Below are positions 52,479 to 64,000 of a stretch of DNA of 64,000 nt, piece by piece. The stretch's first letter is position 1. Every line of letters starts with the position of its first letter. Both the position numbers and the translations under genes were made by a program. Origin of the DNA: the human T2T-CHM13v2.0 reference genome, Homo sapiens. The notes under the pieces are model-generated. The model did no database searches, was not told where the DNA came from, and saw only the letters and a program-made list of their open reading frames with translations. The stretch lies in assembly GCF_009914755.1 (NCBI RefSeq), contig NC_060925.1; one strand, 5' to 3'.

Positions 52479-52816
52479 CTGAAAAGAATCTTTTTCTACA
52501 GCCACGATCATCTTCTCATTGTCACATTTGACAGACAGGGCAATATCCACGCTCCCTTGCACCTCTTCTGGCTCTCTGAGACCAGGAAACAGTTGTATGC
52601 TGGGAATGACAGGGTCCTTTGGCCGAGGGAGCCCATCTTCTCCCTCTTCATTCCAGACTCTCCTGGAAATATCTGGGAAAGGAAATGGAAGGCCTCCATT
52701 TTGGCCTTCCCCTCCCCGGATGGGCGGGTTCTGCAGGGCAGGCAGGGCACCAGGGTCCAGCAGGATCCGTAGCTCAGGAGGAATAGTGTGGACTTCCTCA
52801 TCTCCCATCTCCTCTG
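52479..52816 (-). CDS. TGFBR3: TGFBR3 exon 9 (338 nt; 335 nt with the alternative NAGNAG acceptor)
   Basis: cagCAG acceptor, TTTCAG|gtcggt donor; (A)EEMGDEEVHTIPP...VEKDSFQ. Confidence 0.97.
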
Positions 52817-53086
52817 CTGGTGAAAGAAGAAGGCAAAACATCAGCAGTGTTTGATGCCAGGCCACAACCAACATCATTACAGGCAGAACAGGAGGAATTA
52901 GCATAGAATGGGCAGGTGTAAAATGACTTTTAATAAGCAGTGCATAAAGGTCATTAGAAGTCTAGAAGCCTGAATTCTAGTCCTGGTGTTCTCTCTAACT
53001 AGCTCAGTGGCTTTAGGCAAGCGGCTTGCTTCTCTGTGCCTCAAATTTGCTTTTCCAATTTTTTAAATTAAGTGGTTGGAAATGAT

Positions 53087-53266
53087 CAGTGGTTCTTAAC
53101 TTTGGCTACACATGAAAATCACTTGGGAGCTTTAAAAAATATTCCTACGCCCAGGTTGTACCCCAAACAATTTAAACTCAGACTCTCTGGGGTGGTACCC
53201 AATCATTAATATGTTTTAGTCTCTCCATGTGTAACTGCAATGTGCACCTAAGACTGAGAACCAATG
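53087..53266. mobile_element. MER5A-like hAT-Charlie MITE
   Basis: Terminal inverted repeats cagtggttct...agaaccaatg. Confidence 0.75.
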
Positions 53267-54540
53267 GAACAGACAGTTTCTAAGGCTGTCCAAGCTAGAA
53301 AAATCTGTGATTTAAGTTACATGATGCAATATTATTCCATTGAAATGCCACTAAAATACTTTCCTTGAATCAAGAGAGTCTTTTGAATAATTTCTCTAAT
53401 GATGTCTTGAAACAATATTGGTATGTTAAAATTACTTCATCACCTTCTTTTTGACAGCTAAATTTTAACAGGTATCTGGGCACCTTGGCCTTTTGGAACA
53501 TATTCCCTTGAAAGATAAGAAATAGCTGCATAGATACATTTATTCCTTCAAAGGGAGAGACGTATTTCCATACAATCAATACTCAATATTTTGTCGTATT
53601 TCTAACAACTAAAAAAATAATAATTTCCCCAGTATTCTTTATATCTACTATCTAAGGCCAACTGATGTACACTTGAGGTCAAATCCATCTCAGTGGAAGC
53701 TGGAAGTGAAGATGATAGTTGGACATTATCTCTCCTTTAATAATATTCTTTGGAAAGGACGCTAGAGCTGTAAGGGTCCAAAATAAGTCATAGCTTTGTA
53801 GGGTTTTTAATTTGTACTTTCACGAAAACCTTCACAACAACCCTGTAAGGTCTGTCCTATTATTTTCCCCTTATTACTGAAGAAAAATCTGTGGCTCAGA
53901 GGTGAAGCAACTTCTCCCCAAACAGTGACTAAATGGTAGAGCTGGGGCTTGAACCTGTACTCCTAATCCTTATTCTATTGGCATTTCACTCAGTGGTGGT
54001 ACCATGAGCTGAGGAACAGGTCTAGGGATCAGAAAACTAGGGTTTCAAGTCATGCTAGCTAGAAGACTCCAGAAAACCTCAAGAATTTGTTGACCCTCTG
54101 CTTTCCACCCCATTCAGCTGGGGTAGTAACTCCTGCCATCCTCTGGGTATGAACACTCAAGTATGAGTCCTCGTGACTATTTTCCTAAAAGATACAGCCT
54201 TTTACCATGAACTTCTTTCCTGCAGTCTTAACTCTTCTGTATTCTCAGCCATAAGTGGTCATTAGGTGTCTCGGAGAGAAGAACCTAATGTAATCACACT
54301 AAAGATAACCTATAACAAAGTTCTCTGAATATGCATTCAACTCTATGTCACTGAAAATCTGTATTACAGTTTCCTCAAAATCTCTGTCTAGGTAATTTTA
54401 AGCCTTCTGATAAAAAGTAGTCAAATTATTAAAATGTACAAGAGAAAAACAGCAACATATAAGCTGAAATGACAGTTCCTCACTGGAAAAGCTTCATTTG
54501 GGGGGTATTTTTTACATAACTTAAAAAACTTCTAACTTAC

Positions 54541-54730
54541 CATTATTTTCAAGCCGAAGATGAAATCTATTAGCCACAGGAGCCATTGTGTATGAAGTTA
54601 TTGGACTATAGCCATTGTCCAAAGCCCACTTCACCAGATTCCCTTGGGTTGAAGGAATGTCATCTCTTATTGATTTGGTCATTGTCATAGATCTTTCACT
54701 CTCTTTTCCAAAGCCAATACTGTTAGGAGC
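54541..54730 (-). CDS. TGFBR3: TGFBR3 exon 8 (190 nt)
   Basis: cag|GCTCCT...ATAATG|gtaagt; APNSIGFGKES...HLRLENN. Confidence 0.97.
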
Positions 54731-55194
54731 CTGAAGATATAGCAAAAAAATCACTCATGAGTCTAAAATTAAACAGTACTTTAGATAATAAAAATTAAAT
54801 ATCTTAAATAAGTAGATTCTATATTGTATATGAGGGAATTATTTATTCTTTTGACCCCTGTTTTCCTTGGGCTAAGAACGATGATGTGAAAAACCTTTAA
54901 TAGCCGACTAAAAGACATCTATGTATGCTGCTTGATCATACTATTTGTATTGCCTATGCTGATAAAAAAAATCATCCAATGACATGTAAGTAGTTACATG
55001 CTAAGTATGCCTAGTCTATAACTGTACAGTTAGTCTAATGTTTAAATTATTAACACACACAGTACATATGTATAATAAACTTTCCCTTTTTTTACTTAAA
55101 ATGACATATAAAGTATACAAACAGACATGTTATATTGCCCTCAAATTCCCATGCTTCCACTTCCTATTCCCCTAGATTTCAATGAAAGATAGCA

Positions 55195-55533
55195 CAATCA
55201 CTTACAGCCACTTAACAATGGAGATATGTCCTGAGAAATGCATCATTAGGTGATTTAGTCATTGTGTGAGCATCATAGAGTGCACTTACACAAACCTACA
55301 TGGTAGAGCCTACTACACACCTAGGCTATATGGTACAGCCTACTGCTCCTAGGCTACAAACCTGCACAGCATGTTACTGCACTGAATACTGTAGGCAGTA
55401 GTAACATGATGGTCGGTATTTGTGCATCTAAACATAGAAAAGGTACAGTAAAAATATGGTATTACAATCTGATAAGACCACTGTCGTATATGTGGTCCCT
55501 CACTGACTGAACCATATTATATGCTCAAGACTG
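55195..55533. mobile_element. Tigger3a (MER7A)-like MITE
   Basis: gagaaatgcatcattaggtgattt...ctaggctacaaacctg...gaaaaggtacagtaaaaatatgg. Confidence 0.8.
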
Positions 55534-55784
55534 TACTTCAGTGTGGAGACTATCCCATCTATATAAACTATTAAATTCCACATGGTAAAACAACCAATGT
55601 TTATATTTCATCTAAAATGTGTGATCAATTAGTAATTCTATAACTGTATTCATTTGCCAATTCTACTAACTGAATATACTTATATCTTCTATTCTAAATA
55701 TTAATTAATTAATTTAGGTTACTCTCCCCTTAAGTATCACTGTTTTATCCAGTAATACAAGTAGGTCTTAAGATTAGCTTTCAG

Positions 55785-56090
55785 GGATGGGTGCAATAGT
55801 TCACACCTATAATACTAGCATTTGGGGAGGCTGAGGCGGAAGGACTGCTTGAGCCCAAGAGTTTGAGACGAGCTTGGGTAACACAGGAAGATCCCATCTC
55901 TACAAAAATTTTAAAATTAGCCAGGCATGGTGGCATTTGCCTGCAGTCCCAGCTACTCAGGAGGCTGAGGTGGGAGGATCACCTGAGCCCGTGAGTTAGA
56001 GGTTGCAGTAAGCTATGGTCATGCCACTGCACTCTAGCCTGGGTGACAGAGGGAGACCCTGCCTTAAAAAAAAAAAAAAAAAAAAAAAAA
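55785..56090 (+). mobile_element. Alu (J-type), full length
   Basis: Consensus; TSD aaga(t/c)tagctttca. Confidence 0.93.
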
Positions 56091-57999
56091 AGACTAGCTT
56101 TCACTGGATAATCAATTACAAAATTAAAATGACAGAAATATTTTTGGGAAAGGATATAAATGGACTCTACTCAACCAGGTTATTCAACAAGGACATGGAA
56201 GGTAAATTTATACATCAGTTGCTGACTCCTGTGGCAGTGCTCTTCTCAGAGGGTGAGAGAGCCTAAATGCTGCAGAGGGGACCCCAAAGGGAAGGTACCA
56301 TATTTTCAACAACTGCACCAACAGGGCTGGAAAGCCCTTCCAGCATGCAGATTACACCATTTTCGTGCTGTATAAAAATCACTTTAATTTCCATGCCCAG
56401 TGATTTTCTCCTGCATGCATGCAGCATTTTTCCTAAATTCCTCATTTGTTTCCCATTCTGTTTGCCCCTAACATGACTAAATATTAATCCTTTCCCACTG
56501 TAAAACCCTAAAAGATTCACAGGCTCTAAGTTCTCTTGGCCTATGTGGTTGTGGGATATTGGCTGAAGCCACATATATTTCAACTCAAATCTTAAAGGAT
56601 CTCATTCAGTATATTTTTCTATTACCTAAAGTGCTTATGTGTGGGAATACTGCCAGACTCACCAGTCACAAATTCTATATGCAAAGGAACCAGACAGAAC
56701 TTTAACCAACTTCTGCGGCCATTTGTAAACTCAGTTTAATAGATTCAGAATATTTTAGCTCTTACTCCAATTCAGAAAAAAACTCCTTAGGGTAAAGAAG
56801 GGCTAGGGAGGAAAGAAACAAAGAGGAAGGAAGGAAGGAAAGAGCTAAAATGAGATCATGAAAGATCCAATTTATTCTTAGAACTTTTTATGCATTCAGT
56901 CAACAGTAGTTTCTTAGGTACAGCTTCTTCCAGCCTTTTAGAGCTACATGTCATTTTGATTGGCTGGAATCACAACAATTGGCCTAAACAACACTGCTTG
57001 CCCTCATCTGCCCTAGTCTCTTTCATGTTGTTGGACAGCTGAGAAAATATCGTATTTCCAGAACACTATCATCATAACTGCCACCTGTCCTTTTGCACCA
57101 ATGTGGAATGAGCTGTTTGCACCTTTCCACATTAAATCTAGGAGCTGTCAATACATCTCATTTTGATTATGTCTGGGAACTTAAAAGACTCAACATCTAT
57201 CTACACATTTGTAAAGCAGCAAGGCTTGGGACAATGGCAGACAAGTTGGTTCCCAGCTTTGAGCAAATTCTCACACTGTACTTCTGGAAGTCCCTAGGCT
57301 TTTTCCAGCTTTAGTGGAGCTACGCCAAATGCAGGTGTACAAGGAGGTCTCCAAAAACCACCACCATCTTTCCCAGCCATATCTTCATGAAAGATAAGGA
57401 GTTAAGTCTAAGTGCCTCCACACTCCCCCATATTTACATCTGGACTGATGGTATAGGGGAGGGAGGACTAAGGAAGGGAATGGCCAGAGAGCGTAGTGCA
57501 TATGCCCACTGAGATTTTTAAAAATGTATTCTCTAAGAACAAGCTGCCCATCATCAACCCTGAAGTCCTGAGGCCACATGAAATAATATAAGAGGAAACC
57601 TCTAACAGGTTTCCTCCATCTATTTTTTTATGTTTTAGAGGTTCTTCCTACCATAAAAGTGATTATGCATGGTCCACACAGGACCTGAGAAAAGAGCCAG
57701 AGCTGGACAAGGCAATGTAGACACCTCCAATGTTCCCATTCTTGCCCACTGCCTGGCTCTTTGCACCTCTTTTGACCATTTTGCCATCTGGAGGACACAT
57801 TCTGCCCATGCCCCACCCCCGACACACACATGCATAAGACATCCATATTTAATGGTGCTCTTCTTTAAATTACTCCATCAGACTCCTTACAATTCCCTTA
57901 GTAGACATCTTTCTTTCTTTTCACCTTGTATAGAGAAGTGCCCTAATTGTTCCTATAGACACTCTGAAAGAGTTATTTATGGAAGGAAGATGAACCCCC

Positions 58000-58410
58000 T
58001 TTTTATGGCAGGCACTCTGCTAGGCATATATTATCTTATTTCTCTTCCAAAATATAAGGAGATAGGCATTACCATTCCTGTTAGAGAAGGAGAACCTAAG
58101 ACTCACAGAAGCAACACATGTAGCTGAGAACTTACATGCGCAGGCCCTGTGTCCAGTGCTTTAGGTGAAATATCCTATAGGCCCTTAACAAGTATTTGGC
58201 AAATAAATGAACAAACAAATGAACTCAGCTAATGAACCACAAACTCAAGGTGAGTACTATCATCATACCCATTTCACAGGTGACCAAACAGACTCGGTGT
58301 TCATCAGTCAGACTGCACAACATCTACTAGGAGTAGTAATTGGAAATGGGATTTAAATCTAGCCCTGTCTGGCACAAAGTCAAGATTCTTTCAATTTCAC
58401 TATGCTGTCT
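58000..58410 (-). mobile_element. MIR/L2 fragments
   Basis: cccatttcacagg, gggatttaaatctag, aaataaatgaacaaacaaatgaa; approximate. Confidence 0.5.
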
Positions 58411-60232
58411 CTAAAGGAAATACTAGAAACAAGGTTTCTATAAACCATTGCCCCCTTTCTAAATAGTAATTTAAACTTTTGTGGGAGCAGGTACCTTTCC
58501 CTCACAGCACAGTCAGAATTCACATCTGAAACAGGGAATTAGAAAATCACAAAGCATAAACTGGTTGGGAGAATAAAAAAGAACATCATGAAACATTACC
58601 TAATTGTTTAGTAATGTTGTCATGCATTGTCCAAAATTGGCCTGGAACAAGCGTACAGCCAAGGAGAGGAACATAAACAGATCTTGCACTGGGATGAGCA
58701 ATCTCATTTCTAGCCTTTCTGATTCATATGAGAGATGGGGACATTCAAAGTGAACTCCAGGACTGCCATGGACCAGGCACACATACTCAGGGAAAGAGCC
58801 ATCGAAGGGTCAAGGCTGAAAGAATATTTACACAATAACTCCAGCAGGGAATTAAAATGTACCGTATGTTTTTGCCTTTCAAAGCATGATTCCCTTTCCT
58901 GTTTTTGTTATTCTGAAATTAAAAACATTTGGCCGGTGTGCCAGGCAGCAAAAGCAGCAGACAGCCTAGGTCACCAACACCCCTCATGCCATGCCAGAGA
59001 AGGCAATCAAAACATCTCTGACTTCAGATCATGGCTAGGCTTTGGGCTTGACAACAAATTAATGTATCACCATTACATATGATGGCTCACTGGGATCCTA
59101 GCAAAGTTATAAAAAAAAAAAAAACCCACGGGAACCAGAAACGATTACTTTAAAATTAAAATATGTGTGCTAGTGGTTTTGCCTGCTGCCTCTGGTGAGT
59201 GCTTTTACATGACGTTGCCAAGGGAACTGTTGGCTTTGCTCACTGTGGTATCACATGGAAGGTGCCATGAATGAATGAATAATACCAAAACCAAGGGCAT
59301 CCCTCTCCCAAAATACTGAAAACATAAAACCCACTTCAGCTTACTCAGTGCAGGAACTAAAAGAGAGATTGGCCAAAAAAAAAAAAAAAATTTGAGCCCG
59401 TAGAAGAGATACTAAAGAGATAATTATCTTCTTAAAAAATAGGGAGGAGGATTTTTCTTTAACTTTCAATATAATTCAGTCAAATAGTTATTGCCTAAGC
59501 ATATTTGAGATAAGATTTACTTTACCAAGTTTCAACATTCAACTTTTGAGGAAACCAGCTGCTGTTTGCCCATCATGCCAATGGGCTAAGCCTTGTGCGT
59601 ACATCTCTATTAAATAGAGGGCCTTGGGAACAAGCTGGAGTAGACTTGTCCAGCATCATTTCACTGACTTCGCACTTACTGTGATTCTTCTATCAGTGTT
59701 TCACACTTAGGAGTTGGAAGCAAGCAAAAAGACATGCCAATATTTCGTATTTAACTCAAAAAGAAAAGTCAATGATGTGAGCTGGGGTCAGCCTAATAGT
59801 CCATACTTTCTCTAAGTACCTAACTCCAAAATAAAAGCTGATATTCGGTACTATGACACTGAGGTCCTTGTGGGATGCTCAATATGAAGGCTTAATTGTG
59901 TTCATTACTTTACACTTACTATTAGTGGAAAGCATACTAATGTATTTCAGGAATTTCACAAATGAGGGAGCTGGGGTTCAGAGAGGTTAGGGGACTTGCC
60001 AAAGGTCACAGTGGGATTACCTGGACTCAGACCTGGGTCCGTCTTAATCCAAGGCCATGTTTGAACAACCGCACCTATTTTATAGGAGCATGCTATTTTG
60101 CAAAGTGAAAAATAATTGACAGAGCTTAGAGAGTCCAAAGAGGCAGGAACTTTAAAAATAACACTTATAAAGTACAGCTTAAATTGTTGTCATTTATCTA
60201 AACAAAACAAAAGACATGCTCCACCAACTTAC

Positions 60233-60380
60233 AATAATTTTCAGGCTTCCCTTAACATCAAAAGATTTGATCACCCAGTTGACAGACTTTTTGCACTTCA
60301 AGATCAGGATGAGATTTTTGACCACTTCAAGATCCTCTTGAGAAGGTCTTATATCAATTGTTATATCCACCTGGAAAGCA
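60233..60380 (-). CDS. TGFBR3: TGFBR3 exon 7 (148 nt, orphan domain)
   Basis: cag|TGCTTT...ATTATT|gtaagt; (S)AFQVDITIDIRPSQ...GSLKII. Confidence 0.97.
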
Positions 60381-61535
60381 CTGTGAATGGAAGACAAAGG
60401 CAAAGTTAAGACCTACATGCCAGAAAGTTGCAACTATCTCCCCTCTTCCAAGTCTTCATGTTTCTAGTGTCTGGCCAGTTGATTAAAAAGCTGGAGTTGA
60501 TCCCAGGCCAATGACATGTGCAAAACAGATTGTTACTGCACACATAACAAAATTGTTTTACATAACAATAGAAACATATGCTTGCTGATAATTAGTCACT
60601 AAAGTTTTTCTCTTCTTTGATGGAAAAGAGGTGGTTACTTAATGCAGCCACTGTTTGAAGTGGACTTGAACGAACCAGAAGAGTTTACTTTTGAAGCAGT
60701 ATTGTTGCTTTTTCAACCTTCAACACCTTCGACGTACAGGATTCCCATTTGGCTAATATGCTCAAATTCCTTCAAAACTGAAGTAGGTGGCAGTTTGGTG
60801 AGTTGGGGGCGGGGTGTTGGGATAAGGGAAGCATGGTGGTAAAAAAAAAAAATTAGGAAACTTCAGAGTAAAATAAGAGACAAAAGGCTAAAGAATTTCT
60901 TGATTTATATAAGGTTTGCTTAAGTCATTAACAATTGCTACAGAATCGTATCTGCATTTACTTTCCCAAACTTCTGGATATAAGGTTATTAAAATAAAGA
61001 AAACAGATGGTCAACCAAGTGATTACTGGAAAATTGATGAACACAACCCAAACTTCTAAGAATTCGTAAAAAAGAGAATTTTTTACTAAACAATAACATC
61101 CCTGTCATTCTGAATTTAAGGGAACAGTCTTTCTTTCCATCTCAGCTTTACACACTTGTAAAGCATAAAATGCATGGTATACTCCAATGAAGCCTCAGGC
61201 CTGACGTCGAAGCACATTCACCAGACTGCTCCTATTCCCATTCCCTTTTCACTTTCTACAAAATTCTTCAAGTGGCCAGAGTGGAATCTTATCAAAACGA
61301 TCTGTAGCTTACACGCTTTGAAAGTCAAACCCCGATTAGAATTTTCACCTCGAAATCCCTCTACAATATACATTTAAATTTTCAAGTCACTAGTCCAGAT
61401 GCAAAGGAAGGAGGGTGAAATGCAGGCTCATGTGGGAAAAGAACCTACTTTTTCTCCTTTTTCTTTAATTCCCTAATTATTCTTGATAGGGAGGGTCGAA
61501 TTTCCAATCCAGGGGTAGGAAGCTGAGAGGGAGAA

Positions 61536-61605
61536 CAAGCACACAAGGGAGAGGCAAGTTCTATCGAATGGCTTTTTGGTATGTCACCATGAAGGGCCAC
61601 TCCAG

Positions 61606-61647
<42 letters not shown>

Positions 61648-61716
61648 AAGCACACAAGGGAGAGGCAAGCGCTATCGAATGGCTCTTTCGTATGTCACCA
61701 TGGAGGGCCACTCCAG

Positions 61717-61768
<52 letters not shown>

Positions 61769-61883
61769 AAGCACACAAGGGAGAGGCAAGTTCTATCGAA
61801 TGGCTCTTTGGTATGGCACCATGAAGAGCCACTCCACCACACACGTGCGTGCGCATACACACACACACACACACACACACACA
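61536..61883. repeat. Compound repeat: three ~72-bp cores, each followed by an (AC)n tract
   Basis: Units start at 61536, 61647 and 61768; tracts are about (AC)19, (AC)24 and (AC)13. Confidence 0.93.
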
Positions 61884-62211
61884 GATTTAACGCAAACAGC
61901 TCTGAGTGCCTAAGCGCTCTAAGGACACCACAAACAGAGCTTTATTAAAAACAGAAGGTTACTAAGATGATAATTATATTAATAGGGCATATTTTGTAAT
62001 TTTCCTATCAGGGATAACCTTAGTCAGAGGTGATAAAGATGAAGCAAGAGTGACTGTGTCCTGTAATTAACACCCAGAAGTTTGGAACAGGCTTCAGGAA
62101 TTCATCTGAAATATCTGGGATCTAGGGACAGATGCAGAATATAAAATATACCACTGGTGCCTTTACTCTGTTCTTCAAAGCTTCTGTGAAACACATCTGA
62201 TGAAGCACACC

Positions 62212-62274
62212 TGAAGCATCAATGGCTACCTTCCCTCCTGCGTGAAGCATCAATGGCTCCCTTCCCTCCTGCGT
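62212..62274. repeat. 31-bp tandem duplication (1 mismatch)
   Basis: tgaagcatcaatggct(a/c)ccttccctcctgcg x2. Confidence 0.92.
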
Positions 62275-62373
62275 AGGGGAGGGTGTAGGACGGGCTACAC
62301 CTCTCCCTGCCTCAAGTCAAGGAAGATCTTTACTTTCATCTCTTGTCACACTCACACACTTAGACTCACTTAC

Positions 62374-62542
62374 CTGTAGGGGTTAGAGTTGGGGGTGATT
62401 AGCTCGATGATGTGTACTTCCTCATTCTGGGGCTGGCTGGACATCACACACCCTTCTGCTGCTTTGGGTTGAAGGTACTCAGCAAGGTAATTGAGTGAGA
62501 GAAAATTCTTCCCTATGTTGCACTTTGGAGGGAACACTTGAT
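62374..62542 (-). CDS. TGFBR3: TGFBR3 exon 6 (169 nt); exons 1-5 lie beyond the window end
   Basis: cag|ATCAAG...CTACAG|gtaagt; (D)QVFPPKCNIGKNFLSLNYLAEYLQPKAAEGC...NSNPY(S). Confidence 0.97.
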
Positions 62543-64000
62543 CTGAAAGAGGCACAGGACAATCTGTCAAACCACTGAGGTACTCGGTAACCAGATTCAA
62601 AGGAAGGAGGGTAACAGTGAAACTGAGCAAATGGCAGACACAGGGAACCACGAGCTCAAAGGATGGTTCTTCGTCTGTGAAGTCCGCAACCACTGCCCTG
62701 AAATGCATCCTGTTATGGTCACCAGTGACCGCCTATTGACTAGCCCCCAACTAGGGGTCTCTTTTGGCTAAATCTTCTCCTTGCATGTTCTCTGTGATAC
62801 TTCCTGTCCTCGTCTGTTTCCTCTGACCTATCTTTCACATCTCTTCCACTGGTTCCTCCTCTGCTCAGAATCTGTATAGACCCCAACCCAGAGAATCTGA
62901 TTCAGAACACCCAGGCGGGGCCTAGGGAGCTTTCTTTTTTGAAAAGCTCGTAGTAGATTCCAATATAAACCAAGGCTAAGAACTTCTCAGCTCCTTCCTC
63001 AATCCCCTTTCTATCTCATTCTTTTTCTAGGTGATCTCAATCACTCCCATGGTTTCAACCTGTACCTAGATCATGACTCCTTTTCTGAGCAGTTGACTTA
63101 TACTGTCATCTGTCTACCAAGCATCTCCTATCTAAAAATCCAATACTTATGTATTTCATGGTCAGCGTATTTAACATTCAATCCATTCTATCCCCAAATG
63201 CACTCCTCCTTGGATATTTGTTATTTCAACTATCAGGAGAAGCAACCACCTAATTAATCCTCCGACACCCCATGTAGAATTAATCTTTCCCTCATATGTA
63301 TTCCTCACAGCACTTTATACTCTGAAGATGAAAGGTAGGAATTTGGGGGAAATAAAGAAGGCAGACTTTCACTCTTTCTCACAATCTGAACACAGACAAC
63401 TCAAGTTTATATGGCACTTTACAGTTTACAAAGTGCTTTCGCAAACATTATCTCACTGTGCTGAGAGTTGCTCACCACCTCCACCCGGGAAAGTGATGCA
63501 AGTACCAGAATCTGAAGACACTCCCACAACGGCACATGCCATTTACACAGCACGGCGGCTGATGGGATTTCCATCCACGGGCTTAAATATTTCAACAGAA
63601 CTTGAAAGAAACTGCTGGCAGTGTGACAGCTGGGACCAGTGTCAAGGAAGTTCTAGGTGTAGCATGCTTTTTTCAGAAGGGATAATTAATCAGAGGCCTG
63701 GCACTACTATAAAACAGACTTCTGCCTTTTCCATTTTGAGGACAGGATGCCAGGGTTCAAGTCCACATGGAAGTCTCACTTTGGAGTAAGGAATCCAACC
63801 AGGGGGTCCCAAGACTGGGTTGATACTGTCCCTCCCCCTCCCCACTTGTGCAACCTCCCTTGTGCTGAGGTCCGCAGCACACACTGGGGCATCATGGCTC
63901 TGGCCACCACAGCACCCCCAGCACCACCCCAGAACAAAGGGGACCAAAGCCTCTGTTTGTCGGCTCGTTGCGAGAGAGCATTGGGTTTGCACTCTGCAGT

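Noticed and set aside
61445-61948. HT/CV-repeat ORFs
   Set aside because: Translations of (CA)n tracts.

Overview
Primate (very probably human, chr1p22) genomic DNA. The window holds the 3' portion of TGFBR3 (betaglycan, TGF-beta type III receptor) on the minus strand: 12 coding exons (exons 6-17 in the usual numbering, recalled from memory) that I spliced by hand with GT/AG ends and consistent phases (1988 nt of CDS, from DQVFPPKC... to ...SSSSTA*), followed by a ~3.4 kb 3'UTR ending near 12930. Downstream of the gene (left end) is the 5' part of an ERV1 provirus of the HERV-E/Harlequin type (LTR2-family LTR, tRNA-Glu primer-binding site, decayed gag). Its matrix motif has been amplified into a nearly perfect 22 x 36 bp in-frame minisatellite. 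The introns carry about 17 Alu/FAM elements, a MER41 solo LTR with an intact GAS motif, a HAL1/L1-like element, DNA-transposon relics, L2/MIR/CR1 fragments and several small duplications. Leads most worth testing: the gag-matrix VNTR; a chimeric, locally templated duplication with a 44-bp invariant core in intron 16; a candidate intronic poly(A) site just after exon 15 that would encode a soluble betaglycan; and the MER41 GAS element. I found no convincing wholly new multi-gene system. Repeat family names are from recalled consensus sequences and need RepeatMasker/Dfam confirmation.
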